Source: Microthyrium microscopicum (lineage: Eukaryota). Taken from it: a stretch of 64,000 bases of DNA. The translations under genes and the position numbers were made by a program. Of this stretch, positions 24,056 to 36,600 are shown in pieces. The stretch covers positions 895,275 to 959,274 of the forward strand of contig MU004234.1 of the NCBI GenBank assembly GCA_010405405.1, read 5' to 3'. The notes under the pieces are model-generated. The model had not been told where the DNA came from. It saw nothing but the letters and a program-made list of their open reading frames with translations, and made no database searches. Positions within the stretch are counted from its first letter, which is position 1. The number at the start of each line of letters is the position of its first letter.

Positions 24056-24471
24056 CGTTGGTTTTTATTTAATGTAGTCGTTCAGTGGTTGGAAGATGTT
24101 GTCAGTGCCATCTCAGATCTAGCGATTCATTTGCGACCAAGTTGTGATGATGTCGAGGCCAAGAGAAAGTGAGGGAGTGAAGTTAGGTAGCAAGATCAGT
24201 TGACCAATCAGAAATCGAGAAACCGACCCGCCACAAGGCTGACTCTGGAATTTCTCACCCCAATTCTGAATCTGTCACGTTTTGCTAATGGAAATTGGAT
24301 GGATGCAATTTCCAAGTACTGAACTCCTTTACCCTCGAAAATTACAAAACTAAACGTGTTGGAGCTTCCTAGCAGCGTTGCGGACCAATGTACTACCAAA
24401 ACGGAACAAGGCTGAGCCAGCAAGTGTAATAACGCCTTTTCAGCATTTGGAAGCATCAACCAGGCCATCCT

Positions 24472-25249
24472 CTAATAATCAACGCGCCGCATGCTTATCG
24501 GTTCAAAAGAGCTCCAATGGCTATTCTGCATGTCTAGTTCCCTCTGCTTCTTCTGCTTCTTTTTGTGTCGCCAGATTCCAAAGCCAACCGCCCACAACAG
24601 TCCAAGAACACTGCAGACTGGCCCAACAATAGCCCCAATTTCTGATGCTGTGCTTATTTTCCCACTGTTACTAGGGCTTTGAGTTGCGGTGGCCGACACA
24701 GTATGTGATGTGGTTCGCGACGTGGTCTGTGACGCCGTAGCCGTAGATGGAGTGATTGTGGACGACTGAGTAGCAGTTTGACCAAGAGTCGCAGTCAATG
24801 GGAGGTTTACACCAAGTCCAGCCGCGCAGCACGTGCTATTTGGCTGCGTTCGACCGAGAACATTACAGCAATAGCTCCCATCTGTACATTCGGTAACACT
24901 TGGGTTTTGGAGAACTATACCACAAATGTCAGCACAAAGTCACAGCTCATAGAGTAGATTGCAGATGAAACGTACAAAGACATAGATTAGCGCAGCCCAG
25001 GCTCGAGAAATTCGGATTCGTGCAACCTCCACGGAACATTGTTTGACCATTAGTTACGAGCCCATCCGGTCTGCAAATATCTCCATCAAAAGCCTGATAG
25101 CACATGCTAGCAACTCCTTCTGGTAAGTTGTTACTGCATGGTGCGTATGCGCTACTTGTAGCTGTTCCATCAGGCCAATAACAAGTCGCCCTTGAAGGGA
25201 ATATAAATGTAGAAACACTTAGTACTGACAACAGTAGACGAGCTTCCAT
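24472..25249 (-). CDS. Single-pass membrane protein with signal peptide, Cys-rich domain, Ser/Thr stalk and TM helix (same family as 17278-18322)
   Basis: MEARLLLSVLSVSTFIFPSRA-TCYWPDG...RGGCTNPNF...CANLCL, then an intron, then VTECTDGSYCC...TCC, a Thr-rich stalk and TM IGAIVGPVCSVLGLLWAVGFGIW followed by a basic stop-transfer RHKKK. Confidence 0.82.
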
Positions 25250-25689
25250 CCTTGAAGTCTTACACATTATCGAATGGGAGCGAGACGACCAGATCATTGT
25301 GAGGTACGATATCAAACAGGAAAACAAGATATAGAGGACCCGAACGGGGCAAAAACCTTTCTTGGCGGGGTAGCGAGTCAAAATATACACGGTATGCTTC
25401 TGGTCAGGCTGAAATGGCTCTAACATGCAGGTGGGTGCGGCGGTGCACTTGCATATGCCAAGGAGGTTATCTCCTTCCGCACATATCTTCTGAACATACT
25501 GTTCTCCGTCCGTATTATCTGTGAGGATACAAATGAAGATCAGGAGGCTCAAGGGGCTCCGCATATCACCGCTTGTGCAAAGATTCCCTACGTCTCGGGT
25601 TTACCATTTTGAGCATATAAAGGGGGCAGAATGATGAAAAAATAACCAACGATCTCTCTACGTAAAGTACTGGCGACTTTCAATCGCTA

Positions 25690-27390
25690 CTAATAGTCTT
25701 CTGCAAGAGCCCAGATAGGAATCTCCAGTCCATTCTCCTGCATGTGAATTAACAAGCGTCGATGAACTCTGCGTGCCTCGTCTCGTTCCGCTTGCATGGC
25801 TTCCAACTTTGTTATCGCAGTTGATACGGGCAGATGATGTGATGCAGCAGTACCAAACTGCTCTATTGCCTCTTCATCATCTATCACCACCAGCATCTGG
25901 TCTTTCGGGGCATAAGGCTTGATGTCGGGCAAATCTTCCAAAAGACAAGACCAGGCGATATCGAAGCGTGAATCAATAATATCACTTTCGATTATCAGTT
26001 GCTTCAAGCCCTTGAGATGAGTGAGAGCTTTCATGAAGGGCCAAGTTTTGAAGAGAGCTGCTTGCAATTCTTCTTTCTTGACGCCTTTCAGGGACCGGAT
26101 GTATGTTGTGCCACTTTGATAATGACTGAACTCTTTCGCGGCTTGCGGATCCACGTAGTATGAGCCTAGCTCTACGAATGGGAAGTCCAGCTGGCTGAGA
26201 ACCTGATGGTATGTCAGTAACTGATTGAAACGACTGTTAAAGACCTGATACTTTCAGATCCTGATCGACCTGTTTTCTGACTGAAGTAGGGAACGATGAA
26301 AAACCAGAACATGAAGCTTTTGTAAGGCAAACTTACGAGACGTAGAGATTTCAACTGAGGCAATGATGATATGACGGAGAATATTTCGGTGGTAAGTGAT
26401 GGAAACCCACTGGGCCACGCAGTATTGACTTGATCCTCTGACATCGTTTCTTTAAACTCGGTCGGCGTTTGCTCATATGTTCCAGGGAAGAAGGGATCGT
26501 CAATACTTAGATGGCGAATCCACTGCCAACAGTCGGGGCCAATAAATGAAAGGAAACGATGGAACCACATCACATAAGATATGTTGAAAGTGTTCGTGGT
26601 AAAAGCTGCGTGGAGTGCCTCGTGACGAAGCTGCCGATTTACTCGCAGAATCGGAAGTGATAGGAATGCTCTCATGTCATCTTCACCTTCAGAGCAGACA
26701 TTCAAGGGACTAGGCGAGAGGACGACTTGGTCCGCATCGTATTCTTTAGTTCTTTCTTCGTCTTCACTGTCATAATCATAGACAAGTCTGTGGTCGTCGT
26801 TACTGGATGTTTCAGAGTTTTCATCGGACGATACGAGATTGATGACCTCGCCCGTGAAATGTTCTGGAATACCGCGGTGATGTGGAATGTCATCGCGGAT
26901 CAGTTCTGTAGAGAAGTGTGGCTCTAACAAAGCAAACTCCAGTATATTACTTCTCAATTCTGGAGGGATTAGTAAATGTTTTGAAAGGATGAGAACCGAC
27001 ATACCATAAGGTAGGTCCATCAATCTGAATAAGGGCGATTTGAGAGGCTTTAGTGGGTTGTGAGGATGGTAGTACTATATAGATTAGTGGGAATACCAAG
27101 AAGAGCTGCAACGTCTCGAAACGCACCGGTCTGGTAGTCCATGCTTGATTTTCTTCTGGTGGTATTGGAACGAATATCGGCGAGTAGCTTTCGATTTCGT
27201 TTCGAAGAACGGGAAACTCCGATTTCAAGCGTTTGGAAGTACGGTAGCAATCGTAGTCGTACTCAATGTCCTCTTCCATTAGATGTTTCTTGCCTGCCTC
27301 CATGTCCTGATGGGCAGGATCATCCTCTGGAGTTGGATGACGCTGACGAGCTGGTTGGAGACCAACAACAGGTGCTTGTCGTTGTTGCAT
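25690..27390 (-). CDS. Hypothetical protein with F-box-like (LxxLPxELRxxI) motif, multi-exon
   Basis: Three ORF-track pieces join through short introns. Splicing the introns at about 27126-27075 and 27004-26960 gives SPLFRLMDLPYELRSNILEFALL; later LPILRVNRQLRHEALHAAFTTNTF. The last junction and the start are less certain (possible extra mini-exon near 27470). Confidence 0.65.
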
Positions 27391-28324
27391 TTCCCTAAGC
27401 ACAGCGGCCTAGAACCATACTGTTAGCTTTATGGTTTTGTTCTCTCAAAGGGAACGTGCGGCTGCATCATTGTATGACATGTTCAAAAAGTCTGGAAAGA
27501 CAGTAGCTCGTAGACTAGGCACTGCATAGATTTGTTAGATTTTTTATTATCGCCAGGAACAAAGAATTACCTGGCCCAAACTCTTGTGCTTCTGCAGTTA
27601 AGCCTGCACGGAGCGTTGATTAGCATCGAAGCATTTCCGGCGAGATCAGGCTGTCATTCTCATCAATCTTTGGGCATCAGCCTACCTGTATCCGAGTTCC
27701 CGTTTGCGTCCATCCTGAGGTTGAACACTGCAGTCGATGAGGGAAAAGAGAATCGCGATGAAATCAGAGCTGAAAGATATGCGTAACTCTGGAGGCCGGG
27801 GGCCAAGTTGAAGTCCCAGGCAGATCCACTTTGGAGCCTTGCTTAGTAAGAATTCTACACTCAGCGCAAGCTAAGACAATCAAAGTACCGGAGACTTTGG
27901 AAAAATATGAATCTCCAGCATTCAAGGTCTGAGGGAAGAAACAATGGGAGACAGTGTCATTGACGAATTAGGTCGTGGTGGATGGTGTAAACAGTCATGG
28001 GAGCAAGCATGGTAGGCAGAAAGAGGAAACCTTCAACACTGCCAGCAGCTTGAGTGTGGCAGTGTATGAAAGCGCAGCACCATCCTAACACCTTACGCAA
28101 TCCACGGCTAACTCGATAGAACCTGCATTTTCTCATACACGGCGCTGTGGGGCGCTCCTGCTAATCACTTCCAAATACCTACTTGGAACTCTGATTCAAC
28201 TAGCCTGCTGGGCATTGACTATACTCGTAAATGGCTTGCATATTTTGATAAAGTCAGCTTCGTAGCCAACAAGGCTGATGGAAGCGCGCCATTTATTCGG
28301 CCGAGCCATAGCTCACCATCGAGT

Positions 28325-29932
28325 TTACACAATCCATCCTATTACCTCCAAAATATCACCCAGTTTCGGGTCTCCATACCAATCACGATGCGGAACATCA
28401 GGGAAGGCATCCAGATTAAAATCAAAAGCTAAACCAGGGCCAACTAGACTTATAAGTGTGCCTTTTTTCATGCCTAGCTGTGGCCAGTAGAATGTATCAA
28501 TACTGACTGGTACTTTATCGAGGCCATAGGATACCAGCAGATCATAAAATCGTTTTAAAGCTCGGCATGAGCTAGGTCGCCCGATACTTCGTAACCAGTA
28601 GTCATCTCCAAAGGCGTTGAGCGTGATGCTGATTTTCGAACTTTTCATGTTGAAATCGCTGCTCATCAGCTTAAAAAGGGATGGCATGCCCCTGCAGTCC
28701 TCCTTCAGTAATTTAGGGGGTTCGTGGATACTTCTGTACAACGGATTGTTGTCGAATTTGATATGCAGATGTCTGATAAAATCGAGACGATATCTAGGGA
28801 TCGATTCAAGCTGTCGTAGCACTTCAAGGGCCGATCCAGAAACTATAAACTGATTCTGCTTGTAGAACACCTCAAAAGCCTGCTCGCGGATGCTGCGATT
28901 GATCGCAAACAGTGGAGAGCTTCGTATAGGATTGCACCTGCAGCTACTGGAGTAGGTAAGGTAATAATCGCTATCGCAGAAACATAGACTTCGGGAGCTG
29001 AAGACTTCGTGCCGCTTTCCACCACATTGTCCACAGCACTCGCTGATCTTTTTGAATTTTCCTGAGATAGGAAGTTGAGACCTGACGGCGAGTTCAGTCT
29101 GAGACAAGACCTTCAATCGTATCTCAACTGGAAGATTCGAGAATGATACGGAACTTTGGGGATTACACGTTGGTGTTGCAGTGTTGACAATCATCGCGTG
29201 GCTGTAGGTCTTCAACAGAGCTTTTATATTATCCCTGTCCGGACAATTCCAGCGCGTGTTTCTCCGAGGCATTCCGCATGCTAAACCATGAACCCACTCG
29301 AAGGGGCCAGTAGTCCAGGGACCAACCAAAAATTGTACAGATTTGAATGGAGCCATTCCAGCGCTTAAGACTGCATCAAGTAAAGTTTGAACTTCGTGCG
29401 TCGACTTGGTGCCGGCGAGAGAGAACGTTATCCTCACATCTGATCGCTTATGATACTTCAGGACTGTCGAGAGGACCAGACACATCTCACGCCACTCATC
29501 GAGCTTTTCGTCGAAGGAATAGACCGGCTCATGCATATCCGCAAACTCTACTTCTAGAATTTTCAAATGCATCCACGCCAACGGGGGCAAAGAACGAGAT
29601 AGCCAGTTGTTCATTTTTTTGGTGCATATTTTGAATGAGTTTTCGCTATAGAACATGTTGATTGCGTCGTGGTATAGTGTCCTGCATGTATACATGATAT
29701 TCGCGCAAGGGATGTCGTACTTGATCTGGGTAGGTGATTCGTACCGCTCATGAAGATCACAGGACCTGTAATTATAGTAGGCCCCGCAAGAGACTCCCAG
29801 GCTTTGCTCTAACATGATAATCGGAAATTCATGGATCAGGCCGGAGTGACGTAGAATATCAAGTCGTATATGCTGTGGAAGGCCCAGCAGGTGGTGGGGA
29901 GGAGATCTTTTGGTGTTCTCAGAAGATGCCAT
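28325..29932 (-). CDS. Hypothetical protein with two tandem F-box-like modules, 535 aa
   Basis: LLGLPQHIRLDIL...CRTLYHDAINMFYSENSF is repeated as FSNLPVEIRLKVL...NRSIREQAFEVFYKQNQF. Intronless ORF. Confidence 0.75.
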   Translation of the reverse strand: MASSENTKRSPPHHLLGLPQHIRLDILRHSGLIHEFPIIMLEQSLGVSCGAYYNYRSCDLHERYESPTQIKYDIPCANIMYTCRTLYHDAINMFYSENSFKICTKKMNNWLSRSLPPLAWMHLKILEVEFADMHEPVYSFDEKLDEWREMCLVLSTVLKYHKRSDVRITFSLAGTKSTHEVQTLLDAVLSAGMAPFKSVQFLVGPWTTGPFEWVHGLACGMPRRNTRWNCPDRDNIKALLKTYSHAMIVNTATPTCNPQSSVSFSNLPVEIRLKVLSQTELAVRSQLPISGKFKKISECCGQCGGKRHEVFSSRSLCFCDSDYYLTYSSSCRCNPIRSSPLFAINRSIREQAFEVFYKQNQFIVSGSALEVLRQLESIPRYRLDFIRHLHIKFDNNPLYRSIHEPPKLLKEDCRGMPSLFKLMSSDFNMKSSKISITLNAFGDDYWLRSIGRPSSCRALKRFYDLLVSYGLDKVPVSIDTFYWPQLGMKKGTLISLVGPGLAFDFNLDAFPDVPHRDWYGDPKLGDILEVIGWIV

Positions 29933-30510
29933 GATTGTAAACGAAGCTGAGGTCTTTCTAAGAGGAATTTATTGATCGTGAGTCTTTTCCAAGGCTGAGC
30001 GATTTTGAAAGGCAAGGGTTTGCTCACGCTCCAGGGACAGCCAATATGTATTAATACAGAAGTTTGATGGCAGTGTGGAGAGAAAATCTGGTGTGTAGGA
30101 GATCCACACTTGTTATCTCGGCATATATACTAACGGGTAGTACAAAAGCCTCTACCGGCGAGTGCGGAGTAAAAGTTTTCGGTTCCTTGGGTCCCTAATC
30201 TAGAGACATACCGTGGTGAAGCAGCCAAGCTAAATTTCAGCCTTGTATGTGGTCAGCCTTATACACATTTAAGGTTCGCAATAGATCCCTGTAAATCCCG
30301 AGGCACTAGGGTTTAAGCATAAACTAGATCAAATCAATCTTGTGGCGTTGAGCTTGATGACGCTGACATGACATATCACCACTCCTCCAATCTATGCTTC
30401 CTAATCACTCTTACAACACCAAAGATCCAGACCTACAATTCCAATTCATCTACACTGCCTCAATTATCAACAACAACCGTCTATAAAATACCTTCTCCCT
30501 CACATAGTTA

Positions 30511-31198
30511 ATGCGCAACCTTGCCTCCACAATCCTCACCACCATCCATCTCCTCCGCAACTCAACACTATCAGCAATCCGCTACAGACCAACAACCCTC
30601 CCAAGACCAGTCCTACGCGCCTCTATGCCAATCCCCTTCTTCGGCGCTTTGTTCTCCAGCACTCCCAAGACCGAGAAAATGTATCCAGTCAACAAAAGCG
30701 ACTCTGAGTGGCAAGCCCAGCTCTCCCCCAGTAAGTCTCCCCTCTCACACAACCCCGCCACATCACCCATTTCAATCATATACTAACGTATTCTCAGCGC
30801 AATTCCGCATCCTCCGCGAAAAAGGCACCGAGTCACCCGGCTCCGGAACCTACGACAAGCACCACCCCACCGCCGGCACCTACAACTGCGCCGGCTGCAA
30901 TGCACCCCTCTACACCGCACAACATAAATTCAAGTCCGGCTGTGGCTGGCCCGCCTTTTTCGACGCCGTGCCTGGCGCTGTAGAACGACACGTGGACCGA
31001 GCATTCGGAATGTCACGGACGGAGATTGTGTGTGCGAAATGTGGTGGTCATTTGGGACATGTGTTCAAGGGCGAGGGATACGATACGCCAACGGATGAGA
31101 GGCATTGTGTGAACAGTGTGAGTTTGAAGTTTGACAAGAATGATAAGGTCATCGATGATACGAAGAAAGAGGGGGAGGGGAGTAAGGCTGAGTTGTAA
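30511..31198 (+). CDS. msrB: Peptide methionine-R-sulfoxide reductase MsrB (SelR family), 2 exons
   Basis: EWQAQLSP spliced (intron 30731-30798) to QFRILREKGTE, CAGC, KFKSGCGWPAF, RTEIVCAKCGGHLGHVF and RHCVNS. The N-terminus is Arg/Ser/Thr-rich and presequence-like. Confidence 0.95.
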
Positions 31199-31462
31199 AC
31201 ATGTCTTAGGCAGAGTTGTATGAGTCGATGGGTGCGATTTAAGTTATGACATGTCACGAATGATGCTTTGTAGGAATAGTACGAGAAATTGATTATCAAG
31301 ATAAATGTTGGTGATCTTAAAGGGTGAAAATGAGGTCGTGAGGTAGTCGCTAGTAAAGACAAGTCCACCCAGTATATCCAAAAACGCCTTGCTATGTGTG
31401 TATATCACACTGTCCCGAGGTGTGGTATGGGCTTCCGTCTTCAGTCTGTCTGGTCGTGCTAG

Positions 31463-32689
31463 TTATATGACATCTACATAGTTGCTATATTCTGTTAGTA
31501 TTAAGCAAGACTAGAAATGAGACAACAACTTGCCTGGGGAAAATTCCTTCCCGTCCGCCTATTCGCCCTGTCCACCAATCGGTCTCATTGTCTGTTCTCT
31601 TGAGTATCGTGACAATATCACCCTTCTTGAAACTCAAATCGCCATCTTGCTCGCCATCAAATGTGAACTTTGCGACAGCTTGATCTGCCGCAGCCCCTTT
31701 TTGACCAAATTTTGGCTTTGGGGCGATTGGTGGAGGTGCTCTCTTCGCAGGGATGAATGAGCGATTCGCAGATTCGTTGGCTTGCGTATATGACCGATTG
31801 ATGCCTCCACCACCATGCTCTGATGGCGCGTCACGATCGTATAAGTCATCCTGCCACGTAGCGGACCGATTCGGCTTCGAACTCGTAGGACTGCGCCCAT
31901 CGCGCCAACTCACATCCTCATGCTCATCGCCATATACCGGCTCCTCGTTGTATACCGCGTCCGCGGTAGTAGCAGCCACACCTGCAAATGTGCGCGAATT
32001 GAGCACATGTAGCAGCGCATCCGCTTCCGTTGGCGCTGGTATCGAGCCACCCAGCAAACTCGCCGCCGACACAGTGCGGTTGTATAGCTTCGCATTCGCG
32101 TCTTTGCGTTCAATTATCACGCTGCCTTCCAAACTGACCCCTGCGAACAGCCCCTTTGTCCTGCTGTACGCGAACACTCCACTAACACCCTTCATGCTTG
32201 CCGCACCCGCGGCCTCCGCACTCCGCCCAACCGGTCCAGCCGCAATACCCACATTTCCACCCAATGTCACAGAGCCCGCTTGGCTGAACGTCTTCACGGC
32301 ATCGTTGCTGTTCAGGATGAACACGAAATCGGTGAACTCGAGGCCGATCTGGCCACCAAAGCCAGCACCACCGGTGCCAATGGCGGAGGGCGCGGACCAG
32401 GTGCCATCGGGTAGACGGGCGATGACGAGACCAGAACCAACGCGGCCGGAGCCGAGGAAACCTATTTTCACGACGGAGAGGATGGCAAGACCTTTGGCTC
32501 GGGCGAGGATGTCGGGAGGAATGATCTTGTCTTGCCCGAGTGCTTGATTCGGGTCGACAAAAGATGTAAGGATTTTCGCGGCTTTCTTGCATTCACCTGA
32601 AGGCTGTTAGTGGAGTGACCGATGGTCATGGATGAAAGCGTACTTTTCATGCTCGAAAACGGCAGCGGGTTATTGATTCCTAGAGGCAT
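31463..32689 (-). CDS. YSC84: Ysc84/Lsb3-family actin-binding protein (SYLF/Ysc84 domain plus C-terminal SH3), 3 exons
   Basis: GINNPLP, GSGRVGSGLVIARL, WSAPSAIG, GGQIGLEFTDFV and KGLFAGVSLEGS. SH3 reads AVAKFTFDGEQDGDLSFKKGD...WW...GIFPSNYV, completed through a GC-AG intron at 31533-31485. Confidence 0.92.
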
Positions 32690-33626
32690 GATGATGGATG
32701 TCCTGTGTCGGCTACACGAGCTGGTATTGGAAAGACGTCGTTGGCTATATTATGGTGAAGGGGAAGGGACGAAAGCGAGTCCTTGAAATCTATACCTCTT
32801 GTCCGCGGCAAGAATAGGCAGATGAAGATAGAGAATTGGTGGGCAGTGCAAAGAGGGTTGCGTGGACGTTGTCGTTTGCAGACAGCGACTTGGCAAGTTG
32901 GCGGCGCATGTGGCATGACGATCGTGATGGTGGGGCTTGCCGACCAAAGTCTGCTCAGCCACCAACTCTCAACTTCACCTCGTCCCTTTTCACCACAGGA
33001 AATCATTCTCATCATTAATACTTTCCCTTTAATGATGGTTTTCACCGTGTCAATTACCACTAGAGGTCAGTGGCATGGATGGTGATCTTCAGATGACGCG
33101 GCAGTCATGTCAGACCTCTGCCAGCACTTGTTGATGAATGAATGCTCTGCGGACATCAAATGTCTATTTCAAACAACAGCTCAGTAAACAAATCTGTACA
33201 TAGTAGTAGGCATCATTCACAGCTTCATTATCAACCAGGCGTGCAAATGAACCGTTGCGAGACACTTTGAACAGCGACCCAAAGAGACTACTCTGACCTT
33301 ATGATCAAACTCTGAAACAGTCAACTTAAAAGTTAAAGTCAAGGAGCAGCACACGAAGCATCAACAGGCATGAGTAGTAATAATCATCGCGTGAGACATG
33401 GACCTGCCATCTTTCTATGGTCAACCCGAAAGTTGAAGCGAGAGCACAAGTCCTTTGCTTCGTCTTCTAGACCTCCAGTCTCTCACATTGAAAACGGGAA
33501 AAAAATTACTACAATACTCTCAAGGATCCGGGTACCGAGCCTAGTTATTGCAGATCAGCGGAACTATGGAGACTACATTAGGCACTCGGGTAGGTTAACA
33601 GTAAACCCGCCCAAAGCCAAGACGAT

Positions 33627-36600
33627 TCAGTCTCTTAAACCCGTTCCAACATTGAGCAATTGGAATCTTGGGTAGCTGTCCATTTTGCTATGCGGGTTTG
33701 ATCGTTTCCAATCATCTATGGCAGGATTTCGTGGCAACAGATTGGGGCTCAGCAGAACTCCATTGATCATATTTCCTTGAATCCCAGCGTACATCCTGTT
33801 GTAGAAGCGCGTTGCTTTTGCAAACTGACCTAAAGCTTTGCTGACCGAGTAGAGATGACCCAATGCGAGTATGGTCTGTGCTGACCATTCTTCTCCTTCT
33901 TCTGGCCAAATAGCATCCAAATGCTCCATGGCACGACTTAGATAGCCTTCAGCTTCTTTGTAGGACTCTTGCTTTTCCTTGGCTATGCCCATGTAGGTGA
34001 GAGCCTCTACATATCGTAGATGTTTGTAGTCCTCTTGCCTGGCCTCTTTCCAATCTGATTGTATAATTCTTTCGGCCATCTTCTCAGTTGCCTTGACATT
34101 TTCCACATGTAAATGGGCCTTGATAAGGCGAGCAACGATATTCAGAGAATTGCCATTTTCGCTATGAGATATGCTGTCATGGAATTTTAGTGCGCGTTCG
34201 TACAGCTGAACAGCCTCCTCGATTTTTGGACGGAATTTGGGGATTCTGATTTCTGGTGGTTCATGATTGACAGCCGAATAATCCATCAGAACGCCGGCAA
34301 GGTTCTCAATGGTCTCAATAAGTTGAGGGTTGTCTTCCTTTTTCCTCTTCTCTTCTAAATCTAAAGTTTTTCGACAAAGCTGAACAGCTGCTTCCGTCTG
34401 TCCTGTAATGACAAAAGAGCTAGTGAAATTATGCAGGGCATCCTCCCAACCATCTGAATTGTACCATGTAGAGGAAACCAGCGAGAAGCATCGTGTTGCA
34501 TGTGGTGTCCATCTGTCCAGAGACGTCATATGAGCGTTATAAGTGCTTTGTTTGCATGGCTCTGGCCCACCCATAGTGGACACAGTTTTTTCTTTCTGTG
34601 AACCAACGCAAACGAGAGCCAGGCCAAGCATATTATTGTTCAGAGGCTTGTTCAGCACGTAAACTACCCAAGAGTGAACGCAGCAATGCATACCATATCC
34701 ACCAGGAACGGTCTCTTTTCTTGGCATCACTGCGTGTCCAGGCTCCACTTGCGTCTCTCTTGTCCAGTTGGCTGGCTCTATCAAACCATAGTTGCAGAGC
34801 ACCATCACTGCGTTGTTGAAGATGAGTTCACGCGTGGTAAGACTTTTAAACCATTCTGGGATCTTCGGGTCGATTATGGAAATAGGGTAAGTCGTTTGAA
34901 TAAAGTCCCACCACAGATCTTGGTAATCGAAATACGCCCAAAGTTCGAGGAGTTTTGCAGCTATCTCGTTCCTGCTCTTGATAAGTTTGTAAGACAAATT
35001 CCAGGTTGTATACAAGGTCCTATCCTCATAGGAGGGCACTCTAGGACCCAATTCTTGAACATCTAGCCATGAGTCGTTCCAGTATTCGAGGTATTTAGCG
35101 AAAGATGTAGCCGGGATTTGTTCAAGGTAGGCACCCGCCGTAGCCAAGGCAAGAGGAAGTCCGTCAAGCTTGTTGACAAGTGCGAGTGCATCAGGATCTA
35201 CAAGTACATCAATGGCTATGTTTCAATGCGGAGGAAGACCTACCTGTTTCGTCGGCGCGGCGTCCAGACGTATTGGCAAGAATTTGCAGTTGATCCTTTG
35301 GATTTTGCAGCTTTTTTATCTGTATGCGATGCCCAAAGCCAACTTCCATTGATCTAGTGGTAACAACAACTGCACCATGCTCTGTCTGAGGTAAGAAGTT
35401 TTTGATGTCAACTGAAGTATCATCGTCGATTCCAGCGCGTTTGGGATTGTCATAATTATCAAAAACCATGAGCCATCCTTTATTCTGCTGAAGATCTAGC
35501 CACTCTCTCACAGCTACGACAGCTTGTTCCGCGGATCCTTTTGGAGTGAAGTTTTTCAACCCAGTGGTCAAGTGATTTTCTTGCAGCAGTTGTCGCGCGA
35601 TGTTAAGATAACTCTGCTTCGCCGAGTTTTGGTCCTTGACATTCAACCAAAATATACCGGAATAGACTGGGATATCCGCCTGAGCCTGGAGTTTGGCATA
35701 GGCGATTGCAAGCTGGGTCTTCCCCATGCCTCCTAGCCCCTGAAGAACAACAGTTCGCCGTCCTTTCTTTTTGTTGAGGGTGGCATGCATTTTCTTTAAT
35801 TCTGTCTCTCTCGCAACGAAATCTTGGACTTGGTAGGCGCCGGCAAGGCTAAAACGAACGAAGAAGTTGTCAGATTTGTCTCGAGCTGACCCAAAGTTCA
35901 TCAGCAAAAGTCCATTTCAATTCACTATCTGCAACTTCGAAGTTACTTCAACCTACCAGCATCAACTCTATCTTCTCCCTGCCAGCGCAGATCAATAGCC
36001 GCCGAAGCATCATCGGCCATGATTGCCAGACGTTCTGCTACACCCACGTAATCGGCGTCCCCTCTAGACTTGAACTTTACCATGTTGATGTGGTCTGCGT
36101 GAATGGCAACCGGCTGTGCAGTACGCGAGCTGAGAATGACAGCTGAGTGCTTTGGTACAACCTTCAAGGCTTAGTCAAAGTCTTCACATAGCCATCAGCA
36201 TGATTGGGGTTTAACTCACCTCGATGTCACCAAACACAGTACGAGTCTTGTTCGTTTCATACGCAAAGCAGGTGATGAAGTCTTCGCTAATCGGCGCATA
36301 CTGTGCCTGCTGTTGCTGTAGCCACTCCGAGTTCTCCTCCAAGTTCTTGTACAGAGCATCCGTGGTAGAGGCAAAGATTGACGCTATATTCTTCACGAGA
36401 TTGCCTATTGTGCCCTTCACGGCCGTAGCTCCTGGGCTACCTTGATGCGGTGTTCCCATGAAAAAGATGCCATATGTCGATATTTTGACATCTCGCTGAA
36501 CCTTCAGCGGGCCAGTTTTGGGCGAAGCTGAGTCGATAAGCGCCTGCGTCAGAACGATTAGCTTGAGTGAACAACATAAATGCGATTTGGAATCAGAATC

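Noticed and set aside
31753..32547. 264-aa antisense ORF over YSC84, and similar antisense ORFs over other genes
   Set aside because: Shadow ORFs expected from codon bias on the coding strand.
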